From: Octopus vulgaris
Lineage: Eukaryota
Assembly (NCBI GenBank): GCA_951406725.2
Contig: OX597827.1
Location: 62,248,001-62,312,000, forward strand
DNA length: 64,000 bases
Direction of reading: 5' to 3'
The notes under the pieces were generated by a model that searched no databases, had not been told where the DNA came from, and saw only the letters and a list, made by a program, of their open reading frames with translations. The translations under genes and the position numbers were made by a program. Below are positions 43,280-55,243 of the stretch, piece by piece (position 1 is the first letter of the stretch; each line of letters opens with the position of its first letter).

Positions 43280-45325
43280 ATAAAACTTAGATAAAACTTA
43301 GATATGTTTCGACCAGAGATTGGTCCAGGCCATGTCTAACTTAATAGCACCACCTGATAGGATTATTCGAATCCTGTTTAAGTCAAGTTTTGTTCAAGTA
43401 GTGAGTTCTTGTTGGGTGAGTTGTATCCAGTTTTGTTCAAGTAGTGAGTTCTTGTTGGGTGAGTTGTATCCAATTATGGGTGGCTTGTCTGGTATTCTTT
43501 GAAGGAATCTATCCAGACTCTGTTTGAAGTTGATGGGAGCCTTTTCCTCTTTGATCTCCCTCGGGACAATGTTAAATAGGGCAGGGCCTGTTGAGGAAAA
43601 GAAATTATGTTGCAGTGTACATGTATGTTGTGATCTTGAATTTGGCAGGGGACGTATAGCCCGTGGTCCAAGACTCGGATGAACCTTGAAGCTAATGTTT
43701 AGGTCGTTTGGGCAAAGTTGGCGGTATATTTTCCACATCGTACAAATGATGTACCGCTCACGGCGACGCTGGAGGGAGTAAAGTTTCAAGGCTTTAAGGC
43801 GATCCCAATAGTCGAGAGCAGCCATGCCTTCAATTTGTTTAGTAAGAGCCCTCTGGGGTGACTCAATTCTGGAGATGTTTTGTCTTGTGTGAGGAGACCA
43901 CAGTGGGCAGCAGTATTCAAGGTGTGGCCGTACAAAGGATGAAAAAAGTGGTATGATGACACCTTGTTCTCTGGACCGGAAAGTTCTTAAGATCCAGGAA
44001 CTCATCCTACGAGCTGTATCGACCTTCTTGTTGATGTGTGCACTCCAGCTGAGATCGTCATCAACAATTACACCCAGGTCTCTGATATTGTTAGAGGCTG
44101 TGAGCGGTTCCCCTGAAGGAAGAGAGTATGGTTGTTTTAGTGAGGAATTTCTTCCAAAATGCATCAGCTCAAATTTTCCCTCATTCAGTTGCATTTTGTT
44201 TCTGTCTGCCCATTGACTCAGAGCATATAGGTCAGACTGGAGTTGAGTTCGGTCTGCTTCTTCATTGACGATTTGCTGGAGCTTAGTGTCATCAGCGAAT
44301 ATTTTCACTTTGCAGTGATGTACGACACTGGAAAGGTCGTTTACATAAATTATGAAGAGTAGCGGACCCAAAACAGTTCCCTGGGGAACACCGCTGGTGA
44401 CTTTTGCTGGGTTTGAGTGGACTCCATCAACTACAACATGTTGTGTTCTATTCGCTAGGAAATACTGAATCCAGTGTAGAACTTTTCCACGGATTCCAAC
44501 ATTTGCCAATTTTGAGAGTAGGATGTTATGGTCTACCCTGTCGAACGCTTTACTGAAGTCAAGGTATATGACGTCAGATTTCGAACCTGTTCCCAAGGCT
44601 TTGAGTACATCTTCAATGTGGTGTAAGAGCTGTGTTAGACAGTCCCTGCCACAGCGAAAGCCATGTTGATTTGAATTTAGGAGTTTGTGGGTCTCCAGGA
44701 AGTCAGCTATCCTTGATCTTAACACTCTTTCAAACACTTTAATGATGTGGGAGGTGAGTGAGATTGGGCGATAGTTGACTGCAAGGGATCTGTTTCCCTG
44801 TTTGAAAACCGGGATGACCGACTGGGATAGAAACTTTTTCGGTATATAACCTGCGTCTAACGAGTTTCTCCAGAGGTTGGTCAGAGGGACTGCAAGTTGA
44901 TATCTACATTCCTTCAGGAGACTGGCGGGAAATCTATCAGGGCCTACAGCGGAGTAATGTTTGACCTCATTTATTGCTGCTACGATGTCGGTGGCAGTGA
45001 AGGTTATGTCTGCGATTTTGTGTTGGGAGTCAGCTTCGTTCGTTTCCCTCACATCAATATCAGTGGGAACACTGAAGACAGAGCAATATTGTTTCTGCAG
45101 TATTTCTGCCATTTCTTTAGCATCGTGTTGGGGAATGCCGTTTTCATCAATCAATGGCCCAATAGGTGAGACAGTGGTTCTATGCTTATTTGCATAAGAA
45201 TAGAACACTTTTGGGTTCTGTTTGATGTTTTTGATTACCCATTGTTCCTCCACAGCTCTTTGATTTTCAATGGAGGTTTTCATGTTAGTCTGCAGATGAA
45301 GTTTTTCCAGCTCTAGTCTTTTCAT
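43280..45325 (-). mobile_element. CR1-group LINE, 5'-truncated, with 3' UTR
   Basis: RT ORF followed by a short UTR ending in (atctaagtttt)2. Confidence 0.92.
43394..45325 (-). CDS. Non-LTR reverse transcriptase (partial ORF2, no endonuclease)
   Basis: NYRPISLTS, QHGFR, YLDFSKAFD, SGVPQGTVLGP, FADD, RPHLEYCCPLWSP; about 640 open codons. The first ~59 aa of the track ORF look like flank read-through. Confidence 0.9.
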   Translation of the reverse strand: MKRLELEKLHLQTNMKTSIENQRAVEEQWVIKNIKQNPKVFYSYANKHRTTVSPIGPLIDENGIPQHDAKEMAEILQKQYCSVFSVPTDIDVRETNEADSQHKIADITFTATDIVAAINEVKHYSAVGPDRFPASLLKECRYQLAVPLTNLWRNSLDAGYIPKKFLSQSVIPVFKQGNRSLAVNYRPISLTSHIIKVFERVLRSRIADFLETHKLLNSNQHGFRCGRDCLTQLLHHIEDVLKALGTGSKSDVIYLDFSKAFDRVDHNILLSKLANVGIRGKVLHWIQYFLANRTQHVVVDGVHSNPAKVTSGVPQGTVLGPLLFIIYVNDLSSVVHHCKVKIFADDTKLQQIVNEEADRTQLQSDLYALSQWADRNKMQLNEGKFELMHFGRNSSLKQPYSLPSGEPLTASNNIRDLGVIVDDDLSWSAHINKKVDTARRMSSWILRTFRSREQGVIIPLFSSFVRPHLEYCCPLWSPHTRQNISRIESPQRALTKQIEGMAALDYWDRLKALKLYSLQRRRERYIICTMWKIYRQLCPNDLNISFKVHPSLGPRAIRPLPNSRSQHTCTLQHNFFSSTGPALFNIVPREIKEEKAPINFKQSLDRFLQRIPDKPPIIGYNSPNKNSLLEQNWIQLTQQELTT

Positions 45326-46173
45326 TGTTGTTGAATGTGGATGTTGCGTGTGGGAATATTTTAATTGGTTGATTTTTTTTTTGAAATATATTTTCACTTT
45401 AAATGTAATTTTACATTTCAGATAAAACTTGGATATTTTGATATTTGTTATATAATGGACCAAAAGACAACATGCAATAGACTTAGTGGCGAGAGATTCC
45501 ACTTTTCAAAATGAACAATTAGTTAGAACATGGCGCCAAAGAACAGCCAATCACCAACACTGCTGAAATAACGTCACAGCATATTCGAGGCCTGTAAACT
45601 GTAAGACATGGCCAACGAGGAATTTTTTAATCGTCGATTCATGGAAATTAATCAATTACACACGAGAAGATGGTCTATTGTTAGCTTGGTCAAAGAGGTT
45701 CCGTGTAAATTAAAAAGGTACCCCATTTAATATAAATAGTACAATGGGACGTAAAAACATTTGCTCTAATGAAAATTAGGTAAAACAAGTAAAAAATAAA
45801 CAAAAGCTGCACAGAACACACACGCACACTTATATATATGCGTGAGCGTGTGTGTATATATATATATATACGTATACGCACATGTATATATGTATATATA
45901 TATATATATACATACATATATACAAATATATATATACATGTATATACATACATACTTATATGCAAATATATATATACATGTATATACATATGTATATACA
46001 TGTATATACAGGAGTGGCTGTATGGTAGGTAGCTTGCTTATCAACCGCATGGTTCCGAGTTCAGTCCCACTGTATGGCACCTTGGGCAAGTGTCTACTAC
46101 TATAATCTCGGGCCGACCAAAGCCTTGTGAGTGGATTTGGTTGACGGAAACTGAAAGAAGCCCGTCGTATATA

Positions 46174-46251
<78 letters not shown>

Positions 46252-46256
<5 letters not shown>

Positions 46257-46985
46257 AAACAAGTCAAAATAGAAAATGCTAAAATAATTTTATAAAGAAC
46301 ATTTCAGTACCGGTTTCGGTCATTTTGAGACCTTTTCAACTGTAACGATTAAATAATTAAATTTAGAAAAATTAAAAGAAAAGTTTTTTTAAAGGAATAT
46401 TTGTATAGTGTTCAAATATAAGTGGCATTCTGCCTTTCTCTGTCTCCCTTGTTTGCACTTGTGTGTTCGAGGTCGCTGTGAATTCTTGGTAGGGTAGAAG
46501 AAGAAGGTTGATGAGGAGAGGGGGTGGAAAAATTTGGGAGTGCCTTGATGGTCGTATTTTGAATGGTCAGTGACGGCTAGCAGTTGCAGTTCAATTCAGG
46601 AGAATATTTCTATTGAAAGGTTTGTTTATGGAATTTGCGTAGGTGTTATACTAAAAAGCATTAGTGATAAGGTTGAGAGGTAGGAGGTGGAGAAGAAGAA
46701 GAAGAAGAAGAAGAAGAAGAAGAAGAAGAAGATGACGATGTTGATGATGATGATGATGATGAAGAAGAAGAAGAAGAAGAAGAAGGAGAAGGAGAAGAAG
46801 AAGATGATGATGGTGATGATGATGACGACGATGATGATGATAATGATGATGATGAAGAAGGAGAGGAAGAAGAAGAAAACAGAGAAGGGAGAATATGAAT
46901 GGGTGAAAGTAGTGAGGTGTATGACTTGAAGTTGGCACGTTATGGATTATAGCTGTGATTGGGGCTGATTTGTAATGGATTCTAT
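46252..46985 (-). mobile_element. PLE-like terminal fragment with hammerhead
   Basis: Homologous to 60980-61250; inserted in (TA)n; carries a minimal hammerhead. Confidence 0.6.
46302..46345 (-). ncRNA. Minimal type I hammerhead with U3-A8 covariation
   Basis: ttaCAG-TTGAAAA-GGTC(tcaaaat)GACC-GAAA-CCGG-TA-CTGaaa. Confidence 0.72.
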
Positions 46986-47244
46986 ATATGTATATATATA
47001 TATATATGTGTGTGTGTTTATGTGTGTGTATATGTTTGTGTGTCTGTTTTTGTCCCCCCATCATCACCTGACAACCGATGCTGGTGTGTTTACGTCCCCG
47101 TAACTTAGCGGTTCGGAAAAAGAGACAGGTAGGATAAGTACTAGTCTTACAAAGAATATGTCCTGGGGTCGAGTTGCGAGACTAAAGGCGATGCTCCAGC
47201 ATGGCCGCAGTCAAATGACTGAAACAAGTAAAAGAGTAAAAAGT

Positions 47245-47705
47245 ATATATATGCGTTGTCCCAATATCTTTTCCACACATTTTGACAGCACCAAATCAAC
47301 TTTCATTTCTTTTTAGATTTTAACTTATTAAAAATAATGAGTGGGGGCCACATTAAGATTTGAATGAAAGAATTTTAAACGAAAGTGTCACTAGAAGTTT
47401 TATTTCTAATTCGAGTCATAGTGACTCGCGTAAGTGAACTCGCTAGGTGGACTGGCGCAGGTGGACTTGCGTAGGCGGTATCGCGTAGGTGGATTCGCGT
47501 AGGTGTACTCACGAAGGTGGACTCGTATATGTGAAACTCTTTCCTGCGCTGTCAGACTTCTAGTGACACATTCGTTTAAAATTTATGTTTTGAAAACTTA
47601 ATTTGTCCCCCTTCATTATTTTTAATAAGTTAAATCGAAAATGAAATGAAAATTGAGTTGGTGCTGTTAAAATGCGTAGAAAAGATATTGAGACATCACG
47701 TATAT
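47245..47705. mobile_element. Foldback/MITE-like element: ~155-bp inverted arms around a 14-bp minisatellite
   Basis: 47250-47400 is the reverse complement of 47556-47700; central gtaggtggactcgc-like units; TA runs on both sides. Confidence 0.82.
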
Positions 47706-47714
47706 ATATATATA

Positions 47715-47785
47715 TGTTTCTTTATTAGCCACACAGGGCTGCACACAGATAGAACAAATTACAAGGTAGAGCTTTTCTTTTGAAG

Positions 47786-47823
<38 letters not shown>

Positions 47824-48750
47824 AAGGGGGAGTTTCGATCAAAAGGGATCGTAAAAGGAGAGAAAGAGGACAAAAAAAGGGGGGGTTAAAAAAAGGGGGG
47901 AGGAAAAAAATTGATCAATAGGGATCGTTATCACAGAAATGTCAATATGAAGTGTAAAGGGGAGGACAGGTGAGGTTTACCCGTGGAAAGAAAAGCCTAC
48001 GGAAAAGACCACGGTAACCTCGGTCAATGAAGTCACATTTTATATTTCTTTTTTTTTTTTTTTTTTTTTTTGCAAATAAGCAACTCTCTGTTTTCGATTT
48101 CTGGGTTCATAGGACTATGCTCAAGGTGGCTTCGTCATTCATACGTGCCATTCTTGCTACATTCACCCATCTTTTTTTAAAACATTCGCTAGACAAAACT
48201 TGCCTCTCTACTCTCACTTTCCTTTTCAAGTGGTACTTGAAGAAGTTGATGAGAGATTGACCAGAGAGGAAAGTGTTTGTCTCCAATCCTTTCAGACGCG
48301 TCCACCAGATACATTCTTTCGCCATAGCCACAAGGATGATGAAAATAGCTCTTCCTTCCCGTTTGAAGGAAGGAGGCGTGACAATATTGACGATAGACTC
48401 AGCTGATAAACCGACTCGTCCCACACGTGACAGCAGTTGTTCGACATAAGCCCACAGGTCGGAAATTGTTGGACACTGAACGAGTGCGTGCAGAACGGTT
48501 TCGTCGCTCTGACCGCATCTCGGGCAGGTCGGCCCCGTGTTTCTCGAGCCGTGTCTGTAGAGCTTATCCCGAACGGGTAGCGCTTCTCGGTAGCACTGCC
48601 AGGCCAGGGATCTCTGGAAGTTGTCCATGGGCCCTGGCCCGAAAGTCGTCCTGAACAGGCGGGTCAGGTACTCCTCGTCGACGTCCAGGTTCGCCCCGAG
48701 CTCGTCGTCGTACCTCCCTCCACTAAACCCCTATAGAATGCTTTGGTTGT
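47715..48750 (-). mobile_element. L1-Tx1 clade LINE 3' end (zinc-finger C-terminus plus 3' UTR)
   Basis: AWQCYREALPVRDKL..CPRCGQSDETVLHALVQCP..AKECIWWTR; UTR ends aataaagaaaca in (TA)n. Confidence 0.85.
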
Positions 48751-48758
48751 GTTGAAGT

Positions 48759-48801
<43 letters not shown>

Positions 48802-48974
48802 TATATGTGTGTGTGTTGTGTGTGTGTGTATACATACATATATATGTGTGTATATGTACATATATATACATACATATATACATACATGTATATATCTACA
48901 TACATACATACATACACACACACAATATATATATATATATATATATACACACATGCATACATATATACATATAT

Positions 48975-49382
48975 TTTACTCTTTAACTTGTTTCAGTCAT
49001 TTGACTGCGGCCATGCTGGAGTACCGCCTTTAGTCTCGCAAATTGATCTCAGGACTTATTCTTTGTAAGTCTAGTACTTATTCTATCGGTCTCTTATGCC
49101 GAACCGCTAAGTTACGGGGACATACGTAAACATCCCAGCATCGGTTGTCAAGCGATGTTGGGGAGACAAACACAGACACACAAACACATACACACACATA
49201 TACACACACAAATATATATATACATATATATGACAGGCTTCTTTCAGTTTCCATCTACCAAATCCACTCACAAAGCTTTGGTCGGCCCGAGGCTATAGTA
49301 GAAGACACTTGCCCAAGGTGCCACGCAGTCGGACTGAACCCAGAACCATATGGCTGGAAAGCAAGCTACTTACCACAGAGCC
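48975..49382 (-). mobile_element. Near full-length SINE-A
   Basis: Colinear with 19662-20075. Confidence 0.85.
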
Positions 49383-49415
49383 AAAAATTTTCTACACATT
49401 TCAACAGCTAACTCA

Positions 49416-49448
<33 letters not shown>

Positions 49449-49486
49449 TGTATGTATGTATGTATGTATGTATGTATGTATGTATG

Positions 49487-49532
<46 letters not shown>

Positions 49533-49659
49533 CACACGCAATAAACATACATACATTTACCTTTCTGCGTACACACACACATAACAACGCCAATTACAAG
49601 TGCGAAAATCAATCTACCAATGAGTGCTGTCGACATTATTTACATCAACTGAGCAGCCT

Positions 49660-49936
49660 ACCCCACACAAAAACCACCCGGCCACCCACCACCGACAGCA
49701 TTAGCACCTCCACCCCTGCCACTACTACACTACAACCACTACCGCTACGAACATCACCATTACTAGTTCTTACAGTTCTATTACCATCACAATCCTCACA
49801 CATTTTCGTGATTGAAACTACCACTAGCCACTCCAGAACCGCTACTGTAATAAAGAATCTAGATCACCATGATTATTGGTACTATGACCATAGCTAGAAC
49901 AACCACCACTAGTACCAGTACCATGACCAGCTCCAG

Positions 49937-49971
<35 letters not shown>

Positions 49972-52187
49972 GTACCACCATAAAGACTTCCACTGCTACA
50001 TCTAGATTCCTATCAACATCAACACCACCACCACCCCTACCACTAGAACCAACTACCACCACACTAACCACCAAGACCACCACCGTTATCACTACCACAA
50101 CCATCACCACCACCACCACAACGACGACGGCGACCACCACCACCACCACCACCACTACCACCACTACCACCGCTACCACCACTACCACCACTACATTATC
50201 GTCGCCACCACCATTATCACTACCACAATCATCACCACCACCACAACGACCACGACGACCACCACCACAACCACCAAGACTACCACTACCACAACCATCA
50301 CCACAACCACCATCACCACCATTATCACTACCACAACGACCACCACTACAACCACCACAACGACGACGACCACCACCACCAAGACAACCACCACCGACAC
50401 CACAACCACCACCACTACAACCACGACGACAACTACCATCACCACCACCACTACCACTACACCGTCACCACCACAACCATCACCACAACCACCATCACCA
50501 CCACCACCACCACCACCACAACTATTGCCATCACCACAACTATTACCACCACTACTACCAACGCCATCACCACCACCACTACCAACACCAACACCATCAC
50601 CACCATCACCACCATCACCACCAACACCTCCCACAAGCACCAACTATCACCTCCAACACCACCACAATCACCACCAACCACCCACCCACCATTACTACCA
50701 CCACCACCACCATCACCGACACCACCTCCCACAACCACTCACCACCACTACCAACGCCATCACCACCTCCCACAACCACTCACCACAACAACCAACGCCA
50801 TCACCAACGCCATCACCACCACCATCACCACCAACACCACCTACAACAACCCACCACCGCCACCATCACCGCCGCGGCCACCATTAACACTACTTCCTCC
50901 ATCTCTACCTACCACCAGCGACAAGAACAATCGAAGCGTGCTAAAATCCATCACTTCATGCATCGGCTCCTTCTCCTCCTCCTCCCACCCACTCTTCTCT
51001 CCTCTGCCACTCCACCCCTTCGACCCTTCCCCAGTCCTCTTCTCTTCTTCCTCTTCCTCTCCTTCCTCTTCCTCTTCCTCTTCCTCTTCCTCTCCTTCCT
51101 CTCCTTCCTCTCCTTCCTTGCAAGTACTAACGTCTATCACTAATAATTCCCACCACCATTTAATTTCCAACCAATATACCGGCGTCTCATCACCGTCTTT
51201 CCCACCTCCCCTACAGACCCTTACGTCTCGATTCCACCCCTTACTCACCCCGAACCGCAGAAGCAATCACTGTCAAACAGCCAGCACCAATATTACCAAT
51301 TACTACCTACCAACTACCAATTCCACTGACATCGCCATCACCGTCGCCCACCGTCATTATCCAATATCAAAATTATTGGTGTTTTTTTTTCAATACCACC
51401 ATCACCACCACCATCAACCACCACCACCATCAACCACCACCACCACCACCACCACCACCACCACCACCACCACACTACCACCATAACTACTACCACCACA
51501 ACCACCACCACAACTACCACCACAACCATTACCACCACAACTACCGCCACCATCACTGCAATCACGACTATCACAACCACCACAAGCAATAACACAAGCA
51601 CCACCACCACAACCACAATCACCACAACCACCACCGCTACCATCACCACAACCACAACAACCACCACCACCACAACCACCACCACCATCAGCACCATCAG
51701 CACCATCACCATCATCACCACCACCGCTACCACAACCATCACTACTACCACCGACACCACCAATAACACAAGAACCACCACAACCACCACCACACACAAC
51801 CACAACCACAACTACCACCACCACAATCACCACCATCACCATCATCACCACCACTGCTACCACAATCATCACTACTACCACCGACATCACCAATAACACA
51901 AGCATCACCACCACCACCAATAACATTTACTACAACAGCAATAACAACAGAAACACCACTACCACTACTGCAACCTCTACCAATAACAAGAAAAACAAAA
52001 CGATCACCGCCACCGCCACCGCCACCACCACTACCGTATCCAGAGTGTCTATCACCACTAGCAATTACCAATTATCAATTACCATTAAGCAACTAATTGT
52101 ATAATATCCACCATGATCAGAACAGTAATCAACACCACCACAACAACCAGCACCAATACCACCGCTTGGACAACAACAACAACAGCA

Positions 52188-52239
<52 letters not shown>

Positions 52240-52355
52240 TCATCGCTGCTGCTGCTGCTACTGCTGTTTCCAGAATCATAACTACAACCACCACCACCAC
52301 CATCATCACCATCACCACCACCAATACCACTTGAGCAGCCCTGCTGCTGCTGCTG

Positions 52356-52400
<45 letters not shown>

Positions 52401-52414
52401 TTACTACTACTACC

Positions 52415-52469
<55 letters not shown>

Positions 52470-53230
52470 TCACCTGAATCCTCACTTGTATGACTACCAC
52501 CCCCACCACAATCACCACCCCGCGGCCAGCTTTGCCGTGATCGCTACCACAACCGATACCAACCACCACCACCACCACCACCACCACTACCACTACCGTC
52601 ACCACCATCAGCACTATCACCACAGCCGCCGCTGCCACCACCACTGCCACCACCACTGCCACCACCACTGCCACCACCACTGCCACTGCTACCACCATTT
52701 AGATAGCAACAACAAAACAAGAGCAACTACTACTATTACTACTGCTGCCACCGCTGCCGCCACCGCCACCACCACCACCACCACCAACACCACCATCACC
52801 ACCATCACCACTGTCACCACCAGCTCGCCTCCAACTCAGTTATTATCATTAAATACACATGAGCACCTATGACTAATTATCAATTACCTGTTGTTACGAT
52901 CCAGTTTCACGAATTCCAACATCACCATTATCATAACACCACCACCTCCACCACCACCGCCACCACCACCGCCACCACCGCCACCACCACTACTACCATC
53001 ACCACTACCAATACCGCCGTCGTCACTTTCAGTTACGAACACCCTCATTATCGCCATTAGCAATACCATCGGTTCGGTACCCAACCCCTTACATTCTCGT
53101 CTATTCACCCCCTTCACCTCCACGCCACTGCACTACCACAATGGTCACCAACCCAGATATGAACGCTGATCATTATTACCAGAACCAATTAACCATCCAC
53201 TGCTTATCACCATCGTACACCAACACTAAC
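49660..53230. repeat. ~3.5-kb degenerate (CAC/CAT/TAC)n low-complexity tract
   Basis: Strong C/A bias on the plus strand; internal duplicated blocks near 51700-51920. Confidence 0.9.
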
Positions 53231-53377
53231 AATTTCTGCCGGCATCATTTCGTGGTTTCTGTTTCAATCCTACTTGCGTAGCACCATCGGTAAATGACTT
53301 CTATCGGGGCCTCGGATCAACCAAAACCTCGTGCACGAATAAGCTGTAGACAAAAAAAAAAAAAAAAAAAAAAAAAA

Positions 53378-54200
53378 AGGCGGCGAGCTGGTAGAATCGT
53401 TAAGCACGCCCGGCAAAATGCTTAGCGGCATTTCATTCGGCTTTACGTTCGGAGTTCAAATTCCGCCGAGGTCGACTAACAACTTGCCCCCGATCTTGCT
53501 GGCCTTGTGCCATAATTTGAAATCCTTATCTGGTACAATCTCAAAGACGGCGACCTGGTAGAATGCGTTAGCGGGTCGGACAAAATGCTTAGCGGCATTT
53601 CTTCCAGATTTTTAAGTTCTAGGTTCAAAGTTCGCTGGGGTCCGCTTTATTTTTCATCCTTTCTGGGTCTTTTACTCTCTTTTACTCCCTCTTACTTGTT
53701 TCAGTCATTTGACTGCGGCCATGCTGGAGCGCTGCCTTTAGTCGAGCAAATCGAGGCCCCAGGACATATACTTTGTAAGCCTAGTACTTATTCTATCGGT
53801 CTCCTTTTACCGAATCGCTAAGTTACGAGGGCGTAAACACCAGCATTGGTTGTCAAGCGATGTTGGGGAGGGTGGAGGACAAACACAGACACACAAACAC
53901 AGACACACACACACACGTATATATATATACATATATACGACGGGATTCTTTTCAGTTTCCGTCTACCAAATCCACTCACAAGGCTTTGGTCGGTCCGAGG
54001 CTATAGTAGAAAACACTTGCCCAAAGTGCCGCGCAGTGGGACTGAACCCGGAACCATGTGGTTGGTAAACAAGCTACTTACCACACAGCTATACTCCACC
54101 TGGTCGATAAAATAAGTTCCATTTGAACACCGGGGCCGCTGTAATGTACTCAACCCTCCCCTTAAAGTTGCTGGCTTTGCACCAAAAATTTGAAATCATT
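53378..54200. mobile_element. Old SINE-B copies (+) interrupted by SINE-A (-, 53685-54092)
   Basis: SINE-B body stops near 53668 and resumes with ggtcgataaaataag at 54102. Confidence 0.75.
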
Positions 54201-54819
54201 ATCTAGTCGAATCTCATTGCGTGGCGCCATCGGAGACTGTCTTCTGTCAAAAGCTCATTCGGATCGACCAAGAGATCATGACTAGAAGATTGCAGGTCGG
54301 AAAATATGTGCTGTATCCGTGTACGGGGCGGTTCTTGTTCTTGGGTAGCAAATATAATCGTTCGACTGCTTTAATTACGACCTAGATGTTCCACTTTGAT
54401 TACATTTTTTGCGGGGTTGGGGTGTCCATTCTCTTGCAAGCATTGAAGTCAAGTACTCAATCTTTAGATAACGTCTTCTCTCCTACAACCAGTTTCAGAG
54501 GCTTTGAAAAATATTGTGACGGTGGTGGTAGTGGTGATGGTGGTGACTGCGGTGATGTCTGTTGCCAGCATCCGGATCAGGTATATAAACTTTAGACGAT
54601 TTCTTCTTTTTCTTCCACCAGTCTCGGAAGCCTTGTAAAAAGTTTATGCCTTAAAAAATGAAATATCGTAAAATAAGACAAAATAGTAACGACGACTCTG
54701 GTCTGTAAAACCTTCAGGAAGGAGTTTTCCAAGATCCAATGAAGTAATCATATGTATTTCATATAAATGTACATTCAGAAACAAAAGTTGTGTCAACGCC
54801 ATTAGGAATAGCAGAAAGG

Positions 54820-55243
54820 AAGGCAGCGAGCTGGCAGAAACGTTAGCACGCCGGGCGAAATGCTTAGCTGTATTTTGTCTGCCGTTACGTTCTGAGTTCA
54901 AATTCCGCCGCGGTCGACTTTGCCTTTCATCCTTTCGGGGTCGATAAATTATGTACCAGTTACGCACTGGGGCCGATATAATCGACTTAATCCGTTTGTC
55001 TGTCCTTGTTTGTCTTCTCTGTGTTTAGCCCATTGTGGGTAGTAAAGAAATAGGTATTTTGCCTGTCTTTACGTTCTGAGTTGAAATTCCGCCGAGGTCG
55101 ACTTTGCCTTTCATTCTTTCGGGGTCGATAAATTATGTACCAGTTACGCACTGGGGTCGATGTAATCGACTTAATCCGTTTGTCTGTCCTTGTTTGTCCC
55201 CTCTATGTTTAGCTCCTTGCGGGCAATAAAGAATTAAGAAACG
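54820..55243 (+). mobile_element. SINE-B dimer
   Basis: Junction gaaata|ggtattt at 55053; ends gggcaataaagaatta-agaaacg. Confidence 0.88.

Larger units (their letters stand above)
46008..47245 (+). mobile_element. SINE-A split at its internal microsatellite (46008-46170 and 47005-47245)
   Basis: 5' and 3' halves are colinear around the insert 46252-46985. Confidence 0.8.

Noticed and set aside
45326-45502. N-terminus of the 702-aa RT ORF as a real start
   Set aside because: GTG start and AT-rich flank read-through; the element is 5'-truncated and lacks an endonuclease.
49424-53169. Mucin-like or His/Pro-rich ORFs
   Set aside because: Open in several frames on both strands because the trinucleotide repeats lack stops; no domain or splice support.
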